A DNA stretch of 64,000 bases from Streptosporangiaceae bacterium (GCA_036378315.1 DASUWU010000046.1:1253-65252), one strand, 5' to 3'; positions 28,098-37,827 are shown, counted from the first letter of the stretch. Notes: generated by a model from the letters alone, not told the origin. Numbers and translations: made by a program.

Positions 28098-28637
28098 TTG
28101 ATGATTGAGGTACTGGCTCTCGGCTTGTTTCTCAGCCTGGACAACTTCAGGTCGTCGATCGCGATCGGCACGATTCCCTTCAGATTCCGTCGCGCCATGC
28201 AGATCGCCGTCGTGTTCGGCGTCTGGGACGGCGTCGCGCCGCTGGCGGGAGGCGTGCTCGGGCACTACGTCGGCAAGATGATGGGCCCGATCGCCGAGTA
28301 CGTCGGGCCCGCGTTGCTGGGCATCTACGGCCTGTATCTTCTGTTCGGGGCGTTCAGGAAGCCGGCGCCGGATGAGATCGATCAACCATGGGTCACGCTG
28401 TTCGGCATGCCTCTTACCCTGAGCGTGGACAACCTGCTCGCCGGCGCGGGACTGGGGTTGCTCGGTTTCTCTCCCTTCATCTCGGCTTTGATATTCGGAA
28501 CCACGACCGCGGTGATGTCGCTCGTCGGGTTGTGCATCGGAAGGTTCGCCGCGCGTCTGATCCCCATGCGCCCCGACCTGGTGGGTGGAGTCTCGCTCGT
28601 CGCCGCGGCCATCGTCCTGCCAATCGTGTTCTCCTGA
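28098..28637 (+). CDS. mntP: MntP-family manganese efflux pump (DUF204)
   Basis: LALGLFLSLDNFRSSIAIG and LTLSVDNLLAGAGLG: the duplicated DUF204 motifs. About 6 TM helices. Start is TTG 28098 or ATG 28101. Confidence 0.8.
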   Translation: MMIEVLALGLFLSLDNFRSSIAIGTIPFRFRRAMQIAVVFGVWDGVAPLAGGVLGHYVGKMMGPIAEYVGPALLGIYGLYLLFGAFRKPAPDEIDQPWVTLFGMPLTLSVDNLLAGAGLGLLGFSPFISALIFGTTTAVMSLVGLCIGRFAARLIPMRPDLVGGVSLVAAAIVLPIVFS

Positions 28638-28710
28638 GCCGTGGATAGTGGCGCCCGCGGCAGGGTGCTGGTGCGGCGGGCCGGTGCGGGACGTGCCGTC
28701 GGACGGCCGG

Positions 28711-29238
28711 TCATGCGTGGTGCCGGCACCCGCGTGGGTCGAGGCGGAGCCTGCCCCAGACCACCTTGCGGGACGTGTGGTCCTGGACGGCCGTGGACTC
28801 CGTGCCGTCCGTGGGGTACCAGCCCCAGCCGTCGCAGAGGGTCTCGACGAGTAAGAGGCCGCGGCCGCCTTCGGCGTCGATGCCGGGAGTCTGCGGCACC
28901 GGCGGGTCGCCGCTCCGGTCCCCGACCTCGATCAGCAGGTGCGACCGTGCGTCCGAGGACAGGCGCAGCCGGACCTGCCCGAGCGCGGCCATGTCGAGGG
29001 AGCAGCGTGCCGCCGGGCAGCGGTCGTGCCGGCGCCGCTCGTCTTCGGCGAGCAGTACGGTGGCGTTCGCGGCATTCGTCACCAATTCGGACACGACGAG
29101 CTTCACCCGGTAGACGAAAGTCTCGTCCCGGCCGAGCCGCCAGTAGCGGAGCAGTTCTTCGGTGTGGCGCCGCGCCCGGTACGCGGCATTGGGCATCGCC
29201 GCCAGGGGAAGTTCATCGTGCAGGGTCCACGGTGTCAT
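28711..29238 (-). CDS. HATPase_c-type ATP-binding protein (SpoIIAB/anti-sigma-like)
   Basis: VVSELVTNAANA ... EVGDRSGDPP ... GGRGLLLVETLCDGWGW: the N, G1 and G2 boxes of GHKL kinases found in AbaA/WhiJ-type loci. Confidence 0.8.
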   Translation of the reverse strand: MTPWTLHDELPLAAMPNAAYRARRHTEELLRYWRLGRDETFVYRVKLVVSELVTNAANATVLLAEDERRRHDRCPAARCSLDMAALGQVRLRLSSDARSHLLIEVGDRSGDPPVPQTPGIDAEGGRGLLLVETLCDGWGWYPTDGTESTAVQDHTSRKVVWGRLRLDPRGCRHHA

Positions 29239-29256
29239 CTATGTCTTCATCCGGAA

Positions 29257-29610
29257 TCAGGCGCGGAAGGACAGGCGCTCGGCGATGAGCCGGGTCGCGG
29301 TCGGGAGGTCTGAAGTCCGGCAAATGCGCTCGTTTTCCCGCTCCCACTCGAACCACGACTCGGAATGCGGGACGTGGGTGGTCCGCGTGGTCACCCGGAC
29401 CGCCTCCTCGGGGCCTTCCCCGGTTGGACGGAGCACGTAGAGGCGTGGCTGTTCGACGCCGTGCGCGCCGGGCCGCTCGTACCGCGTGGCCAGGCCGATG
29501 AGGTGGAGCGCCGATTGGAGTTCTCCCAAAAGGCGGGTCGCGACGTAAAGCGACAGGCGGTCCTCCGCGGGCAGCGCGTTGCCGAGATAAGTCAGATCAG
29601 GGGCGGGCAT
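29257..29610 (-). CDS. Hypothetical protein (117 aa)
   Basis: ATG at 29610, preceded by AAGGAG 5 nt upstream. The sequence starts MPAPDLTYLGNALPAEDRLSLYVATRLLGEL. No recognised domain. Confidence 0.55.
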   Translation of the reverse strand: MPAPDLTYLGNALPAEDRLSLYVATRLLGELQSALHLIGLATRYERPGAHGVEQPRLYVLRPTGEGPEEAVRVTTRTTHVPHSESWFEWERENERICRTSDLPTATRLIAERLSFRA

Positions 29611-29867
29611 GTCGACTCCTTGTCTCGCTCGCGTTCGAGTTGAACGGTCAGGTCGGCCACATCCCGCTCGATGAGGGTGGGGGACAGGCCGGAGGACGCC
29701 TCGACGCGGGTCAGGTGCCGGCGCCTGGTGGCGCAGATCAGGCTTCCCGCCCGGCTCGTCCAGAACGACCATTCAGGCCAGGCGCGCCGCAGTGGCTCCA
29801 AATCCGGTATGGCCGGTGTCTTGGTATGCATCGCTCCAGGAAGCCTCTCTCGGACTTTCGCCACCAT
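29592..29867 (-). CDS. Hypothetical small protein (79-91 aa)
   Basis: GAGGAG lies adjacent to the ATG at 29867; the alternative start is 29831. The motif WPEWSFWTSRAGSLICATRR...TLIERDVADLTVQLERE resembles small proteins I recall next to XRE regulators in actinomycetes. Confidence 0.5.
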   Translation of the reverse strand: MVAKVRERLPGAMHTKTPAIPDLEPLRRAWPEWSFWTSRAGSLICATRRRHLTRVEASSGLSPTLIERDVADLTVQLERERDKESTCPPLI

Positions 29868-30004
29868 GACTCCTCACTTGACGGCGGTCAACTTGCGGCT
29901 TGGATGAAACTGGCTTCTTGTCTACCCTGATCGGCGTACGCTCTGTATACGGAATCGGCCGCACTGGTAACAGTGAGTGACGGAAGATCATCCGTGAGGA
30001 GGCG

Positions 30005-30826
30005 GTGAGGCCCATGGCGCCAGTGCCCCACGAACGCCGGACCTGGCTCCACTACTGGGCGGGGGAGTTAGTCGCCTGGCGGGAGTTCCGCGGGTTGACG
30101 CAGTGCCAGCTGGCGTCCGCCATCAATTACGCGGAATCGACGGTGGCCATGATCGAAACGGCCAAGCGCAAGCCCAAGCCGGACTTCGTGCAGCGCTGCG
30201 ACGTCGCTCTCCAGACCGGCGGGGCGTTGGAGCGCCTCAAGGACGAACTCGTCGACCGCGAGCTCGTGCCCGACTGGCTCGACCGCTGGCGTCAGATCGA
30301 AGAGCAGGCCAGCGAGTTGAACTGGTTCGAGATATTCGTAATTCCTGGACTGCTCCAGACGCCGGAGTATGCTCGGGCCATCCTGGAAGCAGGACATACC
30401 AAACCCTTCGACCTTGAAGCGCAGGTGAAGGCTCGGCTCGAACGACAACTGATTCTTACCCGCGAAGACCCGCCGATGTTCGTGGCCGTGGTGGATGAGA
30501 ACGCCATTCGGCGGATGATCGGCGGCGAAAAGGTTATGTACGACCAGCTCACGCATTTGCTTGAGCTGGCAGAGCAGCCGCATATTCGGCTGCAGATCAT
30601 CCCACATGATGTGGGCGCGTACGCCGGATTGACCGGTCCGTTCGTGGTCGCCACCCTTGACGGCGATGAGGTCGTCTACCAGGAAGCGGCCCTGCGCGGG
30701 CACATCATCGAGGGTCATGAGGACGTCGCTGCCTTCAAACGCATGTGGGCGGCGTTGCGAGCCGATGCGCTTCCGCGGAAGGCATCGCTCGACCTGATTT
30801 CGGAAGTGACCAAAGAATGTACATGA
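30005..30826 (+). CDS. XRE-family HTH regulator with DUF5753-like C-domain (WhiJ/Scr1-like)
   Basis: LVAWREFRGLTQCQLASAINYAESTVAMIETAKRKP is the HTH. The C-terminal region contains PGLLQTPEYARAIL. The coding sequence is visibly less GC-rich than its neighbours. Confidence 0.85.
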   Translation: MRPMAPVPHERRTWLHYWAGELVAWREFRGLTQCQLASAINYAESTVAMIETAKRKPKPDFVQRCDVALQTGGALERLKDELVDRELVPDWLDRWRQIEEQASELNWFEIFVIPGLLQTPEYARAILEAGHTKPFDLEAQVKARLERQLILTREDPPMFVAVVDENAIRRMIGGEKVMYDQLTHLLELAEQPHIRLQIIPHDVGAYAGLTGPFVVATLDGDEVVYQEAALRGHIIEGHEDVAAFKRMWAALRADALPRKASLDLISEVTKECT

Positions 30827-31002
30827 TGTGGCGTAAGGCCCAGCGCAGTAACGCCAATGGCGGTGCCTGCGTCGAGGTGGCTCGCGGGCAGGGCATGATT
30901 CTCGCCCGGGACAGCAAGAACCCGGACGGCCCGCGGCTCCAGTTCACTCCGACCGAGTGGCGCGGATTCCTCGCCCGAGTGAAGGAGGAGACGAGCCGGT
31001 AG
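30817..31002 (+). CDS. DUF397 (BldB-like) small protein
   Basis: WRKAQRSNANGGACVEVARGQGMILARDSKNPDGPRLQFTPTEWRGFLARVK. It overlaps the XRE stop. The start is 30817 or 30823 (ATGA). Confidence 0.85.
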   Translation: MYMMWRKAQRSNANGGACVEVARGQGMILARDSKNPDGPRLQFTPTEWRGFLARVKEETSR

Positions 31003-31013
31003 CCCGTCTCATC

Positions 31014-31050
31014 ACACAAAAAGCCTCCTCGACCAGGGGGCTTTTTGTGT
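31014..31050. terminator. Bidirectional intrinsic terminator
   Basis: acacaaaaagcc / ggctttttgtgt: perfect 12-bp arms around a 13-nt loop, with an A-tract and a T-tract on either side. Confidence 0.8.
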
Positions 31051-31134
31051 TTACCAATCCTGGCGCCCGGCGGAAAGGCCCGCCCTACCCCACGAACGGG
31101 TCAATCGAGCCACGGCCCGCCGCGCGTCACGAGG

Positions 31135-31830
31135 TCAGCCGGCGCGGGCGGCGGCCAGCGATGCGGGGTCGAGGCCCGCCGCGCGCAGCACGGTGACGGC
31201 CACGCCGCGGCCGACGCCGGCGAGCCCGACTAGGAGATGGTCGCAGCCGATGGCCGGAGAACCGTCCTGGGCGGCGAGTTCGGCGGCGGTCGCGATGGCC
31301 TTGCGGCTGTAGGGCGTCCAGGCGATCCTTTCCGCGGCCTGGGACGCTCCCGTGCTCAGCCGCGACTCGAGTCTTCGGCGCAGATCGTCGCGCGGCACGC
31401 CGAGGCCGTCGAGCAGCCGGGTGGCGCTGTTGTCCTCGGCGATGAGGCCCCACAGAAGGTGCTCGGTGCCGACGTAGTTGTTGCGGTGCTGGACCGCGAC
31501 CCGCTTCATGCTGGTCATGGCCCGGCGCAGTTCGTCGGCGAGCTGTTCGGGGTCGTACTGCTTGTGCGGCGCGAGGAAGCGTTGCTGCGCCGCCTGCCGC
31601 GTCACGCCGAGCGCATGCCCGATGTCGGTCCACGAATACCCGTGCAGGCGGCAGTGCTCGACGTAGTCCTCCACCAGGTCATCGGCCAACGCCTGCAGCC
31701 GCCCCGACAGCTCGGCCGCCGTGGTCAGCAACGCGAGCCAGTCGGGCTGCGCTCCGCCGTCCTGCCGCACGGCGGTGGCGCACGTGCGGTCCACCTCGGC
31801 GATGAGCTGGTCCAGGTCCGGAAGTGTCAT
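31135..31830 (-). CDS. Clp N-terminal (Clp_R) domain protein with N-terminal HTH-like segment
   Basis: GTEHLLWGLIAEDNSATRLL and CDHLLVGLAGVGRGVAVTVL form the double Clp_N repeat. WTDIGHALGVTRQAAQQRF is HTH-like. Start chosen at M10. Confidence 0.75.
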   Translation of the reverse strand: MTLPDLDQLIAEVDRTCATAVRQDGGAQPDWLALLTTAAELSGRLQALADDLVEDYVEHCRLHGYSWTDIGHALGVTRQAAQQRFLAPHKQYDPEQLADELRRAMTSMKRVAVQHRNNYVGTEHLLWGLIAEDNSATRLLDGLGVPRDDLRRRLESRLSTGASQAAERIAWTPYSRKAIATAAELAAQDGSPAIGCDHLLVGLAGVGRGVAVTVLRAAGLDPASLAAARAG

Positions 31831-31843
31831 AACGCAAGTTTCG

Positions 31844-31866
31844 GTTGACAATCTCAAATTGTCAAC
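31844..31866. promoter_or_regulatory. Inverted repeat GTTGACAAT-n5-ATTGTCAAC between the methyltransferase stop and the Clp-N gene start
   Basis: Perfect 9-bp arms that contain TTGACA. It could be an operator/-35 region or a weak terminator. Confidence 0.4.
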
Positions 31867-31876
31867 TGGACGTTGC

Positions 31877-32713
31877 TCAGGGCCGGCGGCCGACTCCGGC
31901 CCAGAGCCAGAAGCGTCGCTCCATGGAGACCGGTCCGTCCGGCCGCCACTGGTGCACCGGCACGATGCCCGGATCGAGCACCTCCAGCTTCTCGAACAGC
32001 CGCTCGATCTGCTCGAAGGTGCGCGGCAGGGAGACGACGCTGACCGGAGAGCGCTTGACGATGTTGATCGAACCTTCCATCGTCCGCGGGTCGTCGTCGC
32101 CGGTGAGATGCGACAGGATCACCTGGCTTCCCGGGGCGATGGCGTCGCGGATCCTGGACATGATGTCGTAGGGGTCCTCTTCCTCGGCGACGTAGTGCAG
32201 GACGCCCAGGAGCAGGACGGCGACCGGCTGGTCGAAGTCGATCAGCTCGCGCACCTCCGGATGATCGAAGATCATCTCGGGGTGCCGGACGTCGCCCTGG
32301 ACGGCGATCGTTCCTCCGCTGTCGGCGAGGATGGCCCGGCCGTGCACGACCGCGATCGGGTCGATGTCGACGTAGGCCACGCGCGGATCGGGCACGTACC
32401 GCTGCGCCATCTCGTGGGTGTTCTCCACGGTGGGCAGGCCGGACCCGATGTCGATGAACTGCCGGATACCGGCGTCGGCCGCGTTGCGCACGGCGCGCTT
32501 CAAGAACGCGCGGTTGGCCCGGATGCTCTCCAGCGACCCCGGCTGCGCGGCGACGATCTTGTCGCCCAGCTCGCGATCGACGGCGAAGTTGTCCTTGCCG
32601 CCCAGCCAGTAGTCGTACAGCCGAGCCGGATGGGCGACGGTGGTGTTGAGCTCGCTTGGCAGCCGGTATTCGCGGGGCACGAAGGGCCTTTCGGAGGGCG
32701 GGCCAGAGGGCAT
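31877..32713 (-). CDS. SAM-dependent methyltransferase (Methyltransf_19-like)
   Basis: ARLYDYWLGGKDNFAVDRE and RQFIDIGSGLPT. The start (32713, 32728 or 32743) is uncertain. Confidence 0.8.
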   Translation of the reverse strand: MPSGPPSERPFVPREYRLPSELNTTVAHPARLYDYWLGGKDNFAVDRELGDKIVAAQPGSLESIRANRAFLKRAVRNAADAGIRQFIDIGSGLPTVENTHEMAQRYVPDPRVAYVDIDPIAVVHGRAILADSGGTIAVQGDVRHPEMIFDHPEVRELIDFDQPVAVLLLGVLHYVAEEEDPYDIMSRIRDAIAPGSQVILSHLTGDDDPRTMEGSINIVKRSPVSVVSLPRTFEQIERLFEKLEVLDPGIVPVHQWRPDGPVSMERRFWLWAGVGRRP

Positions 32714-32785
32714 CTCTTTACCTATCATGCCTCGCGCCGGCACTGCCGGACGGGGCGCGCGGCCGCCTCCGGCCGGAGCGCGGCG

Positions 32786-33673
32786 TCAACCGGCGGCGAC
32801 GATGTCGGCATAGCGGGCCTTCAGCGTCGAGACGACGGTGTCGGGGTCGGCGGCCCAGACGTCCGCGTTGAAGATCTCCACCTCGATGTCGCCGTCGTAG
32901 CCGGCGCCGGCCACCGCCCGGTGCAGTCCCCGGAACTCGATCACGCCGTCGCCCATCATGCCGCGGCCAAGAAGCACGTCCGCCGGCAGCGGCACGAGGA
33001 AGTCGCACAGCTGGAAGCTCGCGATCCGGCCGCCGGCGCGGGCGATCTGCGCGTACACCTCCGGGTCCCACCACACGTGGAACGTGTCGACGCAGACCCC
33101 GACCCGTTCGGCGGGGTACGGTGCGGCGAGGTCGAGCGCCTGCCGCAGGGTCGACAGGACGGCGCGGTCGGCGCAGTACATGGGATGCAGCGGCTCGAGC
33201 GCCAGCCGTACGCCGTGGTCGGCCGCCGCCGGCACCAGGGCGTCGAGCGCCTCGGCGACGCGGCGCCTGGCGTCCAGCAGGTCGCGGCTGATGCCGGCGC
33301 CGAGCGGCCGGCCGGGCACCACGCCGGGCAGCCCGCCGACGACGAGCACCAGGCAGGCGGCGCGCAGCTCGGCCGCCTCGTCGATGGCCCGCAGATTGTC
33401 CTTGAGCCACGTCTCGCCGGTGAGGAACCCGCCCCGGCACAGCGATGACACGCGCAGCCCGGCGCCGGCCACCCGCCTGGCGGTCGCGGCGAGGCCGTAC
33501 GCGGCCACCTCCTCCCGCCACAACCCGATGGCCTCGATGCCGTGCCGCAGGCAGCCGTCCACCGCCTCGGGCACCGACCACCGCTTGGTCGTCCGCTGGT
33601 TCAGCGACAGCCGGCGGTTGGGCGACAGCCGGTGGTCGGGCGGCGGCCGGTCGCGGTCGAAGACCCCGGTCAC
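32786..33673 (-). CDS. Sugar phosphate isomerase/epimerase (xylose isomerase-like TIM barrel)
   Basis: LALEPLHP, VCVDTFHVWWD and GDIEVEIFN. Its start overlaps the stop of the upstream gene. Confidence 0.8.
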   Translation of the reverse strand: MTGVFDRDRPPPDHRLSPNRRLSLNQRTTKRWSVPEAVDGCLRHGIEAIGLWREEVAAYGLAATARRVAGAGLRVSSLCRGGFLTGETWLKDNLRAIDEAAELRAACLVLVVGGLPGVVPGRPLGAGISRDLLDARRRVAEALDALVPAAADHGVRLALEPLHPMYCADRAVLSTLRQALDLAAPYPAERVGVCVDTFHVWWDPEVYAQIARAGGRIASFQLCDFLVPLPADVLLGRGMMGDGVIEFRGLHRAVAGAGYDGDIEVEIFNADVWAADPDTVVSTLKARYADIVAAG

Positions 33674-34896
33674 GCGCCCACCCCGTACACCGCGAGCAGG
33701 GAGCGCATCCGGCCTGCGGCCAGCTCCGGATCGGGCAGCAGCCCGGCGGCATCGGCCAGCCGGAACACCTCGGCCAGGTGGGGCAGCGATCGGGCCGCCT
33801 GCGCGCCGTTCACCATCACGAACGCGTCCTGGTGGCCGGCCAGCCAGGCGAGGAAGGTGAGGCCGGTCTTGTAGTGGTACGTCGGCGCCTCGAAGATCTT
33901 CCGCGCCAGCGGCACCGTCGGGCCGAAGATCGTGTCGTACGCGGCCGTGTCTCCCGCGTCCAGGGCCGCCAGCGCGGCGGCCGCGGCCGGCGCGATGGCG
34001 TCGAAGATGCCGAGCAGCGCGTGGCTGCCCGAGGCGATCAGGCTCGGGTAGTTGAAGTCGTCACCCGTGTACAGCCGTACGCCGGGCGGCAGCGCGGCAC
34101 GCAGCCGTACCTCGTGGTCGGCGTCCAGCAGCGACACCTTGACGCCGTCGACCTTGGCCGCGTGGTCGCGGATCAGCGCGAGCAGCGACTCCGTGGCGGC
34201 CGCGACATCGGAGGACCCCCAGTAGCCGGCGAGGTGCGGGTCGAACATCTCGCCCAGCCAGTGCAGGATCACCGGCTGGTCCGCCTGGCGCAGCAGCTCC
34301 CCGTACACCGCGTGGTAGTCGTCGGGTCCGCGGGCGGCGGCGGCCAGCTGCCGGCTGGCCATCAAGATCACGGAAGCGCCGGCGGCCCTGACCACCTCGA
34401 CCTGTTCCTCGTAGGCCGCGACGATCCCGGCGAGGGCGGCCCGGCCGCCGGGTGGGCCGGCGGGTGGGGCGGCGCCGGCCGCGGGGAGGTGGTCGGTCCC
34501 GGCCCCGCAGGCGAGCAGCTCGGCCGGGTCGCCGTACGCCTTGGCCTCGGCGGCGCTGCGCTGGACGAGTTCCCGGGTGGCGGCCCAGTCGAGGCCCATG
34601 TTGCGCTGTGCGGTGTCCATGGCGTCGGCGACGCGCAGGCCGTAGGACCACAGGTGGCGGCGGAAGCGCAGCGTCGCGTCCCAGTCGACCGCGGCGGGGG
34701 AGCCGGGCGTGTTGTCACCGAGCGGGTCGGCCACGACGTGCGCCGCCGCGTAGGCGATCCGGCTCGCCGCCGGCGCCGGCGCCGGCGTTCCGGGACGCGC
34801 CGTCTCCGTACCGGCCGTCCAGGCGGACGGGCCGCTGAGCTCGTACGGTTCGAGCCGGCCGCCGGCCGCCGGGAGCGAGATCTTGGCGGTCGTCAC
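33670..34896 (-). CDS. Dihydrodipicolinate synthase-family / DUF993-like protein
   Basis: The GTG at 34896 overlaps the Gfo stop (GTGA). The 408-aa product starts VTTAKISLPAAGGRLEPYEL... The family assignment is from memory of this conserved three-gene neighbourhood. Confidence 0.6.
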   Translation of the reverse strand: MTTAKISLPAAGGRLEPYELSGPSAWTAGTETARPGTPAPAPAASRIAYAAAHVVADPLGDNTPGSPAAVDWDATLRFRRHLWSYGLRVADAMDTAQRNMGLDWAATRELVQRSAAEAKAYGDPAELLACGAGTDHLPAAGAAPPAGPPGGRAALAGIVAAYEEQVEVVRAAGASVILMASRQLAAAARGPDDYHAVYGELLRQADQPVILHWLGEMFDPHLAGYWGSSDVAAATESLLALIRDHAAKVDGVKVSLLDADHEVRLRAALPPGVRLYTGDDFNYPSLIASGSHALLGIFDAIAPAAAAALAALDAGDTAAYDTIFGPTVPLARKIFEAPTYHYKTGLTFLAWLAGHQDAFVMVNGAQAARSLPHLAEVFRLADAAGLLPDPELAAGRMRSLLAVYGVGA

Positions 34897-36038
34897 AGCT
34901 CGGGCACCTCCAGGCGACGGCCCTCTGTGGAGGAGCGCAGGCCGAGCTCGGCGAGTTGCACACCGCGCGCTCCGGAGGCGAAGTCGTACGGGAACGGCGC
35001 GTCCTCGACGACATGCCGGACGAACCGCTCCCACTGGACCTTGAATCCGTTGTCGAAATGCCCGTTGTCCGGCACCTCCTGCCACTGGTCGCGAAACCGC
35101 TCTGTCGTCGGCAGGTCGGGGTTCCAGACCGGCTTCGGCGTCGCCCCCCGGTGCTGCATCCTGCAGGTGCGCAGCCCGGCGACGGCGCTGCCGTCGGTGC
35201 CGTCGACCTGGAACTCCACCAGCTCGTCGCGGTTGACCCGTACGCACCAGGAGGTGTTGACCTGCGCGATGGCTCCGCCCGCCAGCTCGAAGATCGCGTA
35301 CGCCGCGTCGTCGGCGGTGGCGTCGTAGCCGCGTCCGCTCTCGTCGTAGCGCCGCGGCACGTGCGTGACGGCACGCGCGGTGACCGCCTCGACCCGGCCG
35401 AAGAGGTTCTCCATCAGGTACGCCCAGTGCGGGAACATGTCGAGCACGATGCCGCCGCCGTCCTCGGCACGGTAGTTCCATGACGGGCGCTGCGCCGGCT
35501 GCCAGTCGCCCTCGAAGACCCAGTAGCCGAACTCGCCGCGCACCGACAGGATCCGCCCGAAGAACCCGCCGTCGATCAGCCGCTTGAGCTTGAGGATGCC
35601 GGGCAGGAAGAGCTTGTCCTGGACGACGCCGTTCTTCACGCCCGCCGCCTGCGCGCTCTTGGCGAGGATGACGGCGTCATCGAGCGTCTCCGCCGTGGGC
35701 TTTTCCACGTAGACGTGCTTGCCGGCCTCGATGGCCTCGCTGACCGCGGGGACCCTCGCCCGTGTCACCTGAGCGTCGAAGTAGATCTCGCTGGCGCCGT
35801 CGCCGAGCGCATGGGACAACTCCGTGGTCCAGTCGGCGACGCCGTGGCGCGCGGCGACCTCGCGCAGCTTGGCGCCGCTGCGGCCGACGAGCACGGGGCG
35901 CAGCCGAACGCGGCGGCCGGTGGACAGCTCGACGCCGCCCTCCTTGTTGATCGCCAGCACCGACCGTACGAGGTGCTGGTGATGCCCCATCCGGCCCGTC
36001 ACGCCGTTCATCACCACGCCGAGCGTGTCAATGGTCAT
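34893..36038 (-). CDS. Gfo/Idh/MocA family oxidoreductase
   Basis: The ATG at 36038 has GAGGAG 9 nt upstream. LGVVMNGVTGRMG is the Rossmann motif and VYVEKP is the EKP motif. Confidence 0.88.
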   Translation of the reverse strand: MTIDTLGVVMNGVTGRMGHHQHLVRSVLAINKEGGVELSTGRRVRLRPVLVGRSGAKLREVAARHGVADWTTELSHALGDGASEIYFDAQVTRARVPAVSEAIEAGKHVYVEKPTAETLDDAVILAKSAQAAGVKNGVVQDKLFLPGILKLKRLIDGGFFGRILSVRGEFGYWVFEGDWQPAQRPSWNYRAEDGGGIVLDMFPHWAYLMENLFGRVEAVTARAVTHVPRRYDESGRGYDATADDAAYAIFELAGGAIAQVNTSWCVRVNRDELVEFQVDGTDGSAVAGLRTCRMQHRGATPKPVWNPDLPTTERFRDQWQEVPDNGHFDNGFKVQWERFVRHVVEDAPFPYDFASGARGVQLAELGLRSSTEGRRLEVPEL

Positions 36039-36085
36039 CGGGTGTGTCTCCTCAGGCTCGGGTGCACTGCCAGGACGGGGAGGAC

Positions 36086-36099
36086 GGAAAGCGCTTTCC
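36086..36099. promoter_or_regulatory. Perfect 14-bp palindrome GGAAAGCGCTTTCC (LacI-family operator type)
   Basis: It lies 48-61 nt upstream of the Gfo/Idh/MocA start. The central CG with AA/TT flanks fits the generic LacI/GalR operator shape. Confidence 0.55.
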
Positions 36100-36220
36100 A
36101 ACAAACCGTACGTCGTCAAGGTGTTATTCGTCAACGTGACGGCACGTAACGGAGTTCCGGCCCGGCGGGCTTTACCTTCCTGTGATCATCTTGCGTCTGA
36201 TCCTCTTCCGTCGGGGCCGT

Positions 36221-37819
36221 TCACGCAATGGGTGAGGCCGCGGTCGGTGCCGCCGGGTCGTGGCCGGCCGCCGCGGCGCCCGGCCCGGCCCCGGCCGGGG
36301 CCGTACGGCGGCCGAGCGTGAGCGCGGCCGCCGCGCCCAGCGCGCACAACGCGGCGGTGACCAGGAAGATCTCGCGGTACTGGGTGTGCAGTGCCTGCTT
36401 GAGCAGCGCGTTGTACGCGGCCAGCCGCCGCTGGTACACGTCGCCTGGGACGCCGAACGGCAGCGGCGTGTCGAGGTGCGCGGTCAGCGTCTGGAAGCGG
36501 TGGAAGCCCCAGGCGGACAGGCCGGCGATGCCGAGCAGCATCCCCATCATGCGGGCCACGACGACGGCCGCCGACGCGACCCCGTGCCGGGCCGACGGCA
36601 CCGCGCGCAGCACGGCTGAGGAGACCGGCGCGATCACCAGCCCGAGCCCGAGGCCGGTGAGGGCCAGATCGACGTCCATGCGGGGGAGCGGGCCGTACCG
36701 TGCCGCGGCCGCCTCCACCGGCCAGCCGGCGATGAGCAGGTAGCCGGCGGCGGCGACCGCCAGGCCGAGCGCCGCGGTCCAGCGTTCGCCGAGCCCGCGC
36801 CGCCCGCCGGCGCCGTCCCCGCGGGCGGTGGCGGCGGCGAGCCACCCGCCGAGCAGCGCCGCCAGCGCGAGCGGCAGCAGGAACCTGACCAGCACCAGGG
36901 CGCCGCCGGCCGCCGACCTGCCGAGCACGGTCTGCGCGAGCAGTTGGACGTCGACGAGGGTGACCATCAGCGCGGCCCCGGACACGAAGGCCACCCCGAG
37001 CGCGCCGAGCAGCGGCCCCCGGCGCACGCCGGACAGATCCAGCAGCCTGACCCGCGCCCAGCGCACCTCCCAGGCGGCGAACGCGCCGAGCACGACAAGC
37101 CCGCCGGCGATCGCGGCGACGCCCCAGCGGGGCAGCGCCGCCTCGCCCGGCCTGGGATTGTACGTGCCGGCCACCAGCAGGCCGAGGGCGCCGGCGAGCA
37201 GCAGCCCGCCGGTGACGTCGATCCGGGAACCCGCGGGGTGGTTGCCGGCCCTGCGCCCGGCGGGCACCGCCCGCTGCACCGCCACCATGGCCAGCGCGGC
37301 GAGCGGGACGTTGACCCAGAAGATGCCGCGCCAGCCGACGAGCGCGGCGAGCCCGGCGCCGTACAAGGGGCCGAGCACGCTGCCGAGCTCCTGCGCCGCG
37401 CCGACCGCGCCGAGCGCGAGCGGCCGCCGGCGCTCGTCCCACAGGTCGCCGGCGAGCGCCATCGTGATCGGCAGCAGCGCGCCGCCGGCGACGCCCTGGA
37501 GCGTGCGGCCGGCGACCAGTGGCCACAGGCCGTGCGCGGCTGCGGTCAGCGCCGACCCGATCGCGAACCCGGCCAGGCAGGCGTGCATGACCGGACGCCT
37601 GCCGAACCGGTCGGACAGCTGGCCGAGCAGCGGCATGGCGGCGACGTAGCCGAGCAGGAATCCCGTGACGACGGGCGTCGCCCGTTCGAGGTGGTTGACC
37701 GGGATGCCGAGGTCGCCGACGACGTCGACGAGGATCGTCACGATCACGTACGCGTCGAGGGCCGCGAGCAGTACCGCCGTACCGCCGATGCCGATGGCCG
37801 CGGCCCGGGATCGTCGCAC
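36221..37819 (-). CDS. MFS transporter, 14-TM DHA2-like (P55/Rv1410c-like)
   Basis: [12 protein letters not shown] motif A and multiple TM helices. It starts 8 nt downstream of the LprG-like gene. Confidence 0.85.
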   Translation of the reverse strand: MRRSRAAAIGIGGTAVLLAALDAYVIVTILVDVVGDLGIPVNHLERATPVVTGFLLGYVAAMPLLGQLSDRFGRRPVMHACLAGFAIGSALTAAAHGLWPLVAGRTLQGVAGGALLPITMALAGDLWDERRRPLALGAVGAAQELGSVLGPLYGAGLAALVGWRGIFWVNVPLAALAMVAVQRAVPAGRRAGNHPAGSRIDVTGGLLLAGALGLLVAGTYNPRPGEAALPRWGVAAIAGGLVVLGAFAAWEVRWARVRLLDLSGVRRGPLLGALGVAFVSGAALMVTLVDVQLLAQTVLGRSAAGGALVLVRFLLPLALAALLGGWLAAATARGDGAGGRRGLGERWTAALGLAVAAAGYLLIAGWPVEAAAARYGPLPRMDVDLALTGLGLGLVIAPVSSAVLRAVPSARHGVASAAVVVARMMGMLLGIAGLSAWGFHRFQTLTAHLDTPLPFGVPGDVYQRRLAAYNALLKQALHTQYREIFLVTAALCALGAAAALTLGRRTAPAGAGPGAAAAGHDPAAPTAASPIA

Positions 37820-37827
37820 GGTACGGT

